Below are positions 24,180 to 32,000 of a stretch of DNA of 32,000 nt, piece after piece. Both the position numbers and the translations under genes were made by a program. Origin of the DNA: Candidatus Brocadia sp. (GTDB lineage Bacteria > Planctomycetota > Brocadiia > Brocadiales > Brocadiaceae); NCBI GenBank assembly GCA_021650915.1, contig CP091279.1, positions 720,001-752,000 of the forward strand, written 5' to 3'. The first letter of the stretch is position 1. Every line of letters starts with the position of its first letter. The notes under the pieces are model-generated. The model made no database searches. It was given only the letters and a program-made list of their open reading frames with translations, and was not told the origin of the DNA.

Positions 24180-24213
24180 CCTCCGTCTTTCATCCTAGGT
24201 CATGTATTGTGCA

Positions 24214-26304
24214 TCATTTTTCTTCCTTAAACTCCATTGCCCCGCCGTACAGGGCGCTGGCGCCGCCGGTGAGCTGGCTCTGGGAGTCAATAAGGAAGTT
24301 GGCTGATGTAACCACCTTGTCTCCTTCTTCAAGTCCTTCCAGGACAGGGTAGTAATCACCCGCCTTTAGACCAAGAGCGACTTCTTTGCCAATATACTGG
24401 CCGTTACCTTTGTCGATATAAACAATCTTTCGTATGCCGGTATCAAGTACTGCCGTAGCCGGAATTGCAAGCACCTGTGTAGTTTTTTCAAGGTTCATTC
24501 CACATGCACTGCAGTTTCCTGGTTTATCAGAAATTACTTCAGGATGCATGGGGCAGGCGTAAACGCTGCGTCTTTTTGGTTCGATGATTTGTGCCTTTAT
24601 CCCTAATCCTTCTTTAACCTCCCATCTGCCCATCTGCCTTTTACAATCGGGGCATTCTCCGGGCCGCTCAGCGGTCATACACGCCATCGGACACCTATAT
24701 ACAAATTTTTGTTTTTCTTCACCGGTAGGCAAGGTTATCGTTATATTCTTTTGTAACATCATGCCACACATGGGGCACGACCTGGGCGCAAGAGATGGTT
24801 CCCAGTCCTGGGGACAAATGCACGTCACCTTTTCATCGGAAACCTCAATAGGTATTTTCTTTTTTTCGAGTCGCATGCCACATACGGGGCAATCCCCCGG
24901 CTCTTTGGAGGAATAACATTTCATGGGGCATATATATTCGTAATCGGCTTTTTTCGTAACCGGACGCTTTTCGAGTTTCATTCCGCATTCCGGGCAATTC
25001 CCAGGTTCCTTTGCGCTGTGACATTCCATGGGACATACGTATTCGTACCCAATTTCTTTTTGTTGCTGAGCTATGCCGCTTGCAGCAATAAGCCCGATTT
25101 GAGCAGGGGGGGTCTTTACAAAAGGAATATTATCCTCAGGACATACACCAGGCCTGCTGGATTTTATTTGAGGGTGGTTGGGACAGGAGTAATCCAGTCC
25201 ACTTACGTAATGCCCATCTTTCTTTTCAAGCTCTTCAATCGGTATCCTTATCCGGGCATTCACGTACATAGCGGGCTTGAGTTTGAATTGCTGGTTAGGA
25301 ATATCGCAGCGAATTTTCACCGAACGCGTCTTATCGTCAAGGAACGGTTCAATAAATGATATCCTTCCGATAAATGCCTCACCAGGGTATGCAGGGGTCG
25401 TGACTTCCACTTCCTGCCCAACCCTGACCCACGCCATTTCATACTCATAAATATTGGCCTTCATCCAGATATTCGAAAGGTCGGCGACCGTGTACAGCAT
25501 TTCGCCCTGCATCACGTATTGGCCTTCCAGCGCCTTCTTCTCTATGACAATACCGCTGATTGGGGCGTACACAATGGTATGTTGTTTTACCTTCTTGTCC
25601 TTCGTTAGCGCTTCAATCTGTTTTTCCGTCACCCCCCACCACAACAATCTCCTTTTCGAGGCCTCAATAAGTGATTTTGCGCCATTTACTACTTCATCAA
25701 GGGGACTCTGCCTCACTTTTTCAAGGGTTTCCAGCGCCAGCAGATATTCTTCCTGCGTGGATACCAGTTCAGGACTATAGATCCAGACCATTGATTCACC
25801 CTGAATAACCTGTGTTCCGGTAAAATCAACGAAGAGTTTATCGATCCGTCCGGGAATCCATGCCGCGACGGAGGCCCTGAGCCTCTCGTCATATTCAATG
25901 ATTCCCACGGTGTATATATCCTTCGTGAGTGACCGAAAACCGATAGTATCAGTTTTGACCTGCGCCAGCTTGCGGGCACGCTCACTCAGTTCCACCGTGG
26001 CCAAAGCGCCCTCTTCCACGGCGCCAGCGCCCTTTTCATAGACGGGAACGAGGTCCATGGCGCAAATAGGACATTTTCCTGGTTTATCCATTTTTACGGA
26101 CGGATGCATACCGCAAGTCCAGTAAAGAATCTTCTTTTCCTTTCCTTCATCAGCATATGCGGAAAAAAGAAGATGGGATCCCTCTTGTTGCAGCGCACAG
26201 GACAGAATATTAATGCCGTCAGGCATGCCAAAAAGAAGACTAAGGGCAACAATGGCGATTCTTATAAAATGGGTATGGTAAAGAAACTTTTGTTGAGTGT
26301 ACAT
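24214..26304 (-). CDS. cusB: CusB-type membrane fusion protein with seven Cys-rich heavy-metal-binding modules
   Basis: Start moved to the ATG at 26304 (GGAG lies 6 nt upstream; MYTQQKF plus a TM helix). The MFP core is present, plus modules of the form Y-x-CPM-x(8-10)-PG-x-CP-x-CGM-x-L. Confidence 0.85.
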   Translation of the reverse strand: MYTQQKFLYHTHFIRIAIVALSLLFGMPDGINILSCALQQEGSHLLFSAYADEGKEKKILYWTCGMHPSVKMDKPGKCPICAMDLVPVYEKGAGAVEEGALATVELSERARKLAQVKTDTIGFRSLTKDIYTVGIIEYDERLRASVAAWIPGRIDKLFVDFTGTQVIQGESMVWIYSPELVSTQEEYLLALETLEKVRQSPLDEVVNGAKSLIEASKRRLLWWGVTEKQIEALTKDKKVKQHTIVYAPISGIVIEKKALEGQYVMQGEMLYTVADLSNIWMKANIYEYEMAWVRVGQEVEVTTPAYPGEAFIGRISFIEPFLDDKTRSVKIRCDIPNQQFKLKPAMYVNARIRIPIEELEKKDGHYVSGLDYSCPNHPQIKSSRPGVCPEDNIPFVKTPPAQIGLIAASGIAQQQKEIGYEYVCPMECHSAKEPGNCPECGMKLEKRPVTKKADYEYICPMKCYSSKEPGDCPVCGMRLEKKKIPIEVSDEKVTCICPQDWEPSLAPRSCPMCGMMLQKNITITLPTGEEKQKFVYRCPMACMTAERPGECPDCKRQMGRWEVKEGLGIKAQIIEPKRRSVYACPMHPEVISDKPGNCSACGMNLEKTTQVLAIPATAVLDTGIRKIVYIDKGNGQYIGKEVALGLKAGDYYPVLEGLEEGDKVVTSANFLIDSQSQLTGGASALYGGAMEFKEEK

Positions 26305-26565
26305 AGCACGCTCCATTCGTGATTCATTATGAAAGAAGGAAAAAGAGGCGAGGGTGGAGAAGTGGAGAAAAGGCAATTTGTTTTTCTCCATTTCACCCCG
26401 TCTCCCTTTTTTTTGAATTTATTTTTATGTTCATTCGGGTAAATTTTCTCCTGACTGCCGATCTATTACGCTTATAATATTACCGTATAAAATCTTCCTT
26501 TTTTTGCAAGTTTTTTCGCAACCCTATTTACCCCTTATCAGAAGGTACCGTTTATTTATAAGAAA

Positions 26566-26655
26566 AGGATTGCTTCGCTCCGCTCGCAATGACAACGTAC
26601 CGTATATCATCAAAGGCATAGACCAGTGTCATTGCGAGGGTCTTGTCCGAAGCAA
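26566..26655. repeat. palindromic element, second copy, in the cusC-cusB intergenic gap
   Basis: gattgcttcgctccgctcgcaatgac (26566-26591) and gtcattgcgagggtcttgtccgaagcaatc (26626-26655). Confidence 0.75.
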
Positions 26656-26703
26656 TCTCCCGCTTTCACAACGGAAAGTTGGTTGCGGCTGTACTGCGTT
26701 ATG

Positions 26704-28035
26704 TTATTTTGTCAGTTGCATACCGACAACCCGCTCCAGGTATGCCAGGTTTTGTTCGAAGTCGGCCAGCGCTCTTGCGTAAAGCAGTCTTGCCTGTAGC
26801 AGAATTCTCTGGCTATCGATCAGGGCAAGGAAATCCACCCGGTCTGTCTCATATCCAATCCGCGCAGCTTTGAGTGATTGCTCAGCCTGGGGAATTACGC
26901 CTGTTTTATAGAGATTTATCGTACTTTCAGAAGTTTGTATTTTGACGAGGAAGTCTTTTACCTCAAACAAGGTCTTGTTGTTCATAAAACGATAGTCTGA
27001 CTTAGCCGCGTTAAGGTCTTCTCTCGACTCTTTCACTTTTGACCGGTTTTTCGGCCATAGCCAGGGGACATTTATTGTAACGGCAGACGCCCAGGTGTCG
27101 GAACGCCTGTCTTCCTGCATGTATTCCACCATCGGCTCAAAGTCCGAATAGTAATAGTCTTTCTTTGAAAGTTTTAAATTTGCCTCATTTCGCTTAACGG
27201 CATGGTCAAACCTTTTCAGCTCAGGCCGGTTTTTCACGGCAAGGTTTTCCAATTCTTCTATTGATAGCGTCAGGGTATGTTTTTCAAAAGGGCGCGGTTT
27301 TCCCAATAAGCTCTGTGTTGGCCGGTCGAGCAGGACATTGAGTCGGGCAACAACAGATTCCCTTTCCTTGTTCAAAACATTACCGGTGTTTGCCAGGGTG
27401 GACAATTCAACCTGCGCAGCAAGCACATCCCTTTGCGTGGTCTTGCCCACGGCATATTTGGTTTCAGCTACCCTGGCGAATTTGCTTAATAAATCCCGGT
27501 TTTCTCCGGTAACATCAATGGCATTATTCAGGTAATACAGTTCATAAAATGCTGATTTTATCTGGGCGATAATTTCCTGCATCTTTGCCTGCAATTCCTT
27601 TTCTATCATATAATACTCTTCAAGAGCCACTTCACCCCTAAGGCGCAGTTTCCCGGGGAAGGGTATCTTTTGTGAAATACCGTATCGTTGCTGCAGCATC
27701 TCCGTTTGACCGTTGAGATTGACCGGGTTATTGGACATATCGTAAGAACCGGCGCGAACAGAAGGGTCGTCCAGTGACCTCGCCTGTGAAATCCTGGCTT
27801 TCGCGGCACTTAAACGCTTTTGTGACGCAACGATCTCCGGATTGTGTTCCATTGCCTCCTGGATTAACCATGTTAGGTCCAAAGGGGCGTCTGCCTCCTT
27901 CATTTCAGGAACAGCGTTTTTACCGTTCATTTGTTTTTGTGGTTTACTATCACCTTTATCTGCCGCCACTGCAACATCACTCAATGAAATAAGAAGAAGG
28001 CAGCACAGGAATTTTTTTAACGGCATTCTATTCAT
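26704..28035 (-). CDS. cusC: TolC/CusC-type outer-membrane efflux protein
   Basis: 443 aa with a signal-peptide-like N-terminus and two long coiled-coil/beta repeats typical of the OEP family. Sits in operon position with cusB and cusA. Confidence 0.8.
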   Translation of the reverse strand: MNRMPLKKFLCCLLLISLSDVAVAADKGDSKPQKQMNGKNAVPEMKEADAPLDLTWLIQEAMEHNPEIVASQKRLSAAKARISQARSLDDPSVRAGSYDMSNNPVNLNGQTEMLQQRYGISQKIPFPGKLRLRGEVALEEYYMIEKELQAKMQEIIAQIKSAFYELYYLNNAIDVTGENRDLLSKFARVAETKYAVGKTTQRDVLAAQVELSTLANTGNVLNKERESVVARLNVLLDRPTQSLLGKPRPFEKHTLTLSIEELENLAVKNRPELKRFDHAVKRNEANLKLSKKDYYYSDFEPMVEYMQEDRRSDTWASAVTINVPWLWPKNRSKVKESREDLNAAKSDYRFMNNKTLFEVKDFLVKIQTSESTINLYKTGVIPQAEQSLKAARIGYETDRVDFLALIDSQRILLQARLLYARALADFEQNLAYLERVVGMQLTK

Positions 28036-28098
28036 GATAAACTCCGTTCGTTCGATAGAATACGAAACTATCAGGAAGTAAAAAAATGACCTGCCACA

Positions 28099-29073
28099 TT
28101 AAGATTGTGCACACTTATCTGTATGACACACCCTCGCCTTGCAATCGGTTCTATCGATCAACTGAAATAACGGGAAAAACAAGGGGAGGCAAATGACAAC
28201 AACAATAAAAACCGAGGACAGGTACGAAAAGGTCTTGAAAAGGCAGGGGGGGGCAGCCTCTGGTTCCAGTATACGCATTATCCGCTCCTCTATAATCCCT
28301 TGCTCTCTGGAAAACGCTACTGCGGGAGATAAAGCGGCCAGCGTACGGAATCGGGATAATTTCAGGAGTGCGCTCGCAAGTTCTAACGGTTCCCCGGAGA
28401 TTTTTACTGCGGCATCATCTGCAGCTTTTTCAGATAGAGAAGAATAGCGGCCTAGCAGGTGCCGATTGACAGGAAGAAAAAAATTGAGCGCCGACAGTAT
28501 TTGTAAAACAAATAGCTTGAAGGGGGCTTTCTGTCGTATGTGATGCGCTTCATGCAGGATTACGCTTTGAAGTTCCTTCGCCGTTAAATACGAACAAATG
28601 CCCGTGGACAAGTATATTTTCGGTTTCCAAATACCCGATGTAAAGGCATACCGCAACGCAGCATTTTCAAAGAGCACCCACTGGTTTTCAAGATGCGCCG
28701 GAAATGGAGATTCTTTTAATCCGGAACAATTCACGATGAAACGGGGGGTGAGTGAGCGAATAAAGCGGCCATGCATAAATAGCATTTGAACTGCCTTGTA
28801 AATAGCCTTACCTATGCCGGTGAAAAGTATTGCAACGCAGAACCAGGGAAGCGATGTGGCAAGGGTATGCAGGGTAAAAATACATTTTGAACAAATGCCT
28901 CCACAACAGGTGACCGCCTTGTAGGTAAATTTTGTGTCGGATACATACCCCTTGATACCGATCAAAACCCCTGTAACGATTACCGAAAAGATTACAAGGT
29001 TAAGAAACACGATGAGTAAAAAATATGCCCGTTCCTTTTCTTCCTGACCATTGACTTTGATAAAGTATTTCAT
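28099..29073 (-). CDS. BlaR1/MecR1-like M56 metallopeptidase (sensor/anti-repressor type), Cys-rich
   Basis: 324 aa, multi-TM, with the HExxH motif LHEAHHIRQ. Overlaps the blaI-like stop by 4 nt. Cys clusters VTCCGGICSKC and DCKARVCHTDKC. No penicillin-binding sensor domain. Confidence 0.7.
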   Translation of the reverse strand: MKYFIKVNGQEEKERAYFLLIVFLNLVIFSVIVTGVLIGIKGYVSDTKFTYKAVTCCGGICSKCIFTLHTLATSLPWFCVAILFTGIGKAIYKAVQMLFMHGRFIRSLTPRFIVNCSGLKESPFPAHLENQWVLFENAALRYAFTSGIWKPKIYLSTGICSYLTAKELQSVILHEAHHIRQKAPFKLFVLQILSALNFFLPVNRHLLGRYSSLSEKAADDAAVKISGEPLELASALLKLSRFRTLAALSPAVAFSREQGIIEERIMRILEPEAAPPCLFKTFSYLSSVFIVVVICLPLFFPLFQLIDRTDCKARVCHTDKCAQS

Positions 29074-29525
29074 GGTTTTTTACTATTAGTAGTATGTTTT
29101 TTTGAGGATGACAGTCTTTTAGATTCAATCAGTTTAGAAAAGTATTCCATTTTTTCCGGCTCCATCTGTGACATGCAATCCACAAAGTGCACCATTGCTG
29201 ATTTGAGAGAAAATCCGGAAATTCCTTCCACAACTTTTTTTGATACCATCTCAAAAAAATCTTCTTTCGTATACAGGGGTTTATAGAAGTACGCCTTCCC
29301 GACCTTCCGTTTGCTGAGAAGTCCTTTTTTGGTCATTCGATTGGTAACGGTAATGACCGCAGAGTATGAAATATTCCTCTTTGCCGGAAGATCTTCCAAA
29401 ATATCCTTCACTGAAGATTCTCCACGTTTCCATAATGCTTCCATAATATCCTTTTCCAATGTCCCCAAGACATGGTTTAATCCTTCTTTGAAGGGATTGA
29501 AATTAAACTTTAATTCTTTACGCAT
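29070..29525 (-). CDS. BlaI/MecI/CopY-family winged-helix repressor
   Basis: 151 aa with LGTLEKDIMEALWKRGESSVKDILEDL...ISYSAVITVTNRMTKKGLLSKRKVGKAYFYKP, the family fold pattern. Confidence 0.8.
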   Translation of the reverse strand: MRKELKFNFNPFKEGLNHVLGTLEKDIMEALWKRGESSVKDILEDLPAKRNISYSAVITVTNRMTKKGLLSKRKVGKAYFYKPLYTKEDFFEMVSKKVVEGISGFSLKSAMVHFVDCMSQMEPEKMEYFSKLIESKRLSSSKKHTTNSKKP

Positions 29526-29637
29526 ATGCGCCCTTTTTGTTGAAAATTGTGCAATCCCTTTACCGTAATCCTTAGTAAAGGGAAACCTATTTTACACCAC
29601 GCAGTGCAACGATACTGAATGAGATTTGTTAAGGGAT

Positions 29638-29667
29638 ATTATATTCTACATATTGTAGAATATGCAA
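29638..29667 (-). promoter_or_regulatory. promoter with a TACA-N3-TGTA dyad operator for the blaI-like operon
   Basis: Minus strand: TTGCAT (29667-29662), an 18-nt spacer, then TATAAT (29643-29638). The spacer is filled by the perfect 23-nt palindrome atattctacatattgtagaatat (29641-29663). Confidence 0.6.
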
Positions 29668-29798
29668 GCACAATCTATCGTTTATACTTATTGATTAATG
29701 AAATATTTATGCTAAAATGTTCATGACCTATTAGCCAATTTATGGTACTTCGATTTTCTTTGATTCTATAAGAATTTACAAGCCATTCAGGAAAACCC

Positions 29799-30848
29799 AT
29801 GAATAATTCCGATACGGTTATTGTTACCGGCGGCGCCGGCTACATCGGCTCTCACACCATTATTGAACTTCTGGAACAAACTGATTACCGGGTAATTTCC
29901 CTCGACAATTATTCCAACTCCACCGAAGACACCTACAGAAGAATACGCGAGATAACAGGCAAGGGGGACCGCCTGTCGTGGTTCAAAGTTGACCTCTGCA
30001 ACAAAGCTGAACTGATACACACCCTCAAACCAACAGATTCGATAAAGGGCATTATTCACTTTGCCGCATTTAAGTCTGTGCCTGAGAGCGTGGCCGATCC
30101 ATTGTTGTACTATCACAATAACATGGAAAGCCTTGTAAACATCCTTTACTTGTGCAGGGAGAAAAAAATCAGGGATTTTATTTTTTCTTCCTCCTGTTCC
30201 GTGTACGGCAACATTAAAACACTGCCGGTAACTGAGGAAGTTGAACTGCCTGAAGCTGAGTCGCCATATGCTCATACCAAACAGATGGGGGAAGAGATGG
30301 TGAAATCATTCACGAAATACACCCCGGAATTCAAATCTGTTTTACTCCGCTATTTTAATCCTGCCGGCGCTCATCCAAGCGCAAAAATCGGTGAACTGCC
30401 TTTAGGACCTCCGACAAGCCTGGTGCCTGTGATTACCCGAACCGCTGCAGGGCTTATCCCCAAAATGTACGTCCACGGCGGTGATTATGAAACGAGAGAC
30501 GGCTCCTGCATCAGGGACTACATCCACGTCAGCGACATTGCAGATGCGCACATTAAAGCGCTTGATTTTGTGCTGAAGGGTAAAAATCGGGAGGCTTGCA
30601 GTTTATTCAATCTCGGCACCGGCAACGGCATCACGGTTTTTGAAGCGATCAAATCCTTCGAAAAAGTGTCGGGAAAAAAACTGAATTACGAGGTTGGGCC
30701 CAGAAGAAGCGGGGATGTCGTGGCAATTTATGCCAACAACGATCTTGCGAGGAAAGAGCTCGGCTGGCAACCGAAGTACGGATTAGACGACATGATGCTC
30801 TCGGCCTGGAAATGGCAACAGCATATTTCAACAATTACGGCAAAATAA
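29799..30848 (+). CDS. galE: UDP-glucose 4-epimerase
   Basis: 349 aa: VTGGAGYIGSH NAD-binding motif, a YxxxK catalytic motif (YAHTKQM) and overall GalE collinearity. Confidence 0.9.
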   Translation: MNNSDTVIVTGGAGYIGSHTIIELLEQTDYRVISLDNYSNSTEDTYRRIREITGKGDRLSWFKVDLCNKAELIHTLKPTDSIKGIIHFAAFKSVPESVADPLLYYHNNMESLVNILYLCREKKIRDFIFSSSCSVYGNIKTLPVTEEVELPEAESPYAHTKQMGEEMVKSFTKYTPEFKSVLLRYFNPAGAHPSAKIGELPLGPPTSLVPVITRTAAGLIPKMYVHGGDYETRDGSCIRDYIHVSDIADAHIKALDFVLKGKNREACSLFNLGTGNGITVFEAIKSFEKVSGKKLNYEVGPRRSGDVVAIYANNDLARKELGWQPKYGLDDMMLSAWKWQQHISTITAK

Positions 30849-31157
30849 GATGCCGGTTGATGATACGAACAAATCCCCTGGCATAGAGACGTGTCTGAAT
30901 ACCAACCCCGATGCACCTCATCAAACAATGACACGAATACAGTTGATGTCAATCCAGTGTTGCATCAAATAAAGCCTTTTCCAAGGTGATTCTCTGTTAA
31001 ACACGTGCACGTGGATTATGGCCATATCCTTCCAGCCCGAACAAGCCGGAAAAGCGAGTCAACCCTGACAGGGTTATCTCTATTCGCATATTTGCCAAAA
31101 ATGTCAAAATATTTTTCATTAGATACTATGAGGTTCTTATGACAAGAGAAGAGAAGC

Positions 31158-32000
31158 ATGGCTATCAAAAAATCTGAGCTCTACGGCTCCCTCTGGGCAA
31201 GTTGTGACGAACTCCGCGGCGGGATGGATGCCTCTCAGTATAAAGACTATGTGCTGGTACTGTTGTTCATCAAATACATCTCTGACAAATATACCGGGGT
31301 TCCCTATGCGCCTATTACGGTGCCCAAAGGCGCCAGCTTTCAAGACATGGTTGCCCTGAAAGGCAAGCCCACCATTGGCGATGACATTAACAAGAAGATC
31401 ATCGGAAAAATCGCCGAAGCCAACAAGCTTACCGGCACCATCGATGTCGCCGACTTCAACAGCGCCGATAAACTGGGCAGCGGCAAGGAGATGGTTGACC
31501 GCCTCTCCAATCTCATCGCCATCTTTGAAAACCCGGCGCTCGATTTCAGTAAGAACAGGGCAGAAGGGGACGATATTCTTGGCGATGCCTACGAATACCT
31601 GATGCGTCACTTTGCCACCGAGAGCGGCAAGAGCAAAGGACAGTTTTACACCCCGGCCGAGGTAAGCCGGATAATGGCGAAGATTATCACTTTTAACTCA
31701 AAAATAACGCCATCAACAACAGGGTATGATCCCACCTGCGGCTCTGCATCGCTACTGCTCAAGGTGGCCGATGAATCAGAATCGGGTATGACGATTTACG
31801 GGCAGGAGATGGACGTGGCCACCGCCGCCCTTGCCCGCATGAATATGATTCTGCACAACAACCCGACCGCAGAAATCAAACAAGGGAACACCCTTTCCGA
31901 TCCGTTGTTTCTGGACGAAAGAGGCAGGCTCAAGACCTTTGACTTTGTGGTGGCAAATCCTCCCTTCTCATACAAGGCATGGAGTAACGGATTTGCCGTT
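31158..32000 (+). CDS. hsdM: type I restriction-modification DNA methyltransferase subunit M (5' partial, runs off the window)
   Basis: Not in the ORF track because the frame is open at the window end. It reads MAIKKSELYGSLWASCDELRGGMDASQYKDYVLVLLFIKYISDKY...GQFYTPAEV...DPTCGSASLL...VVANPPFS, which covers the HsdM N-domain and the N6-adenine MTase motifs I and IV. Confidence 0.85.
   Translation, partial: MAIKKSELYGSLWASCDELRGGMDASQYKDYVLVLLFIKYISDKYTGVPYAPITVPKGASFQDMVALKGKPTIGDDINKKIIGKIAEANKLTGTIDVADFNSADKLGSGKEMVDRLSNLIAIFENPALDFSKNRAEGDDILGDAYEYLMRHFATESGKSKGQFYTPAEVSRIMAKIITFNSKITPSTTGYDPTCGSASLLLKVADESESGMTIYGQEMDVATAALARMNMILHNNPTAEIKQGNTLSDPLFLDERGRLKTFDFVVANPPFSYKAWSNGFAV

Noticed and set aside
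31137-31610. 157-aa minus-strand ORF, plus the small ORFs at 31340-31522 and 31375-31602
   Set aside because: They are antisense or out-of-frame shadows of the well-supported hsdM frame that starts at 31158.

Overview
Bacterial chromosomal window. Ordinary genes at both ends flank a core (about 3.2-20.4 kb) saturated with mobile and repetitive DNA. All family calls come from reading the ORF-track translations and nucleotide motifs by eye; no database search was run.

Left flank:
- A B12-binding radical SAM gene, preceded by a tightly coupled 19-codon sORF.
- A convergent SplB-like radical SAM gene.

Accessory core:
- Three full-length endonuclease-less group II introns (RT ORFs at 3406-4572 minus, 12302-13672 plus, 14307-15623 minus) and one roughly 230-nt intron 5' fragment.
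- A 3'-truncated ISL3 element bracketed by a perfect 65-bp inverted repeat.
- A 5'-truncated STAND/TPR-like gene with tandem 111-bp coding repeats.
- An IS66-like element bounded by 56-bp TIRs, carrying a DUF4338-like::IS66 C-terminal chimeric ORF.
- A well-formed c-di-GMP-I riboswitch with promoter and terminator but no downstream gene.
- The most unusual structure, at 9.1-20.3 kb: six co-oriented type II toxin-antitoxin operons alternate with co-oriented GTAG-leader hairpin repeats. These repeats have REP/REPIN-like architecture and fall into three sequence classes (8, 4 and 3 copies). Two copies abut 5' relics of a REP-associated tyrosine transposase (RAYT) gene.

Right flank:
- A minus-strand blaI-like/blaR1-like (M56)-cusC-cusB-(four-helix-bundle gene)-cusA operon with a clear promoter/operator.
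- galE.
- The 5' part of a type I R-M hsdM gene.
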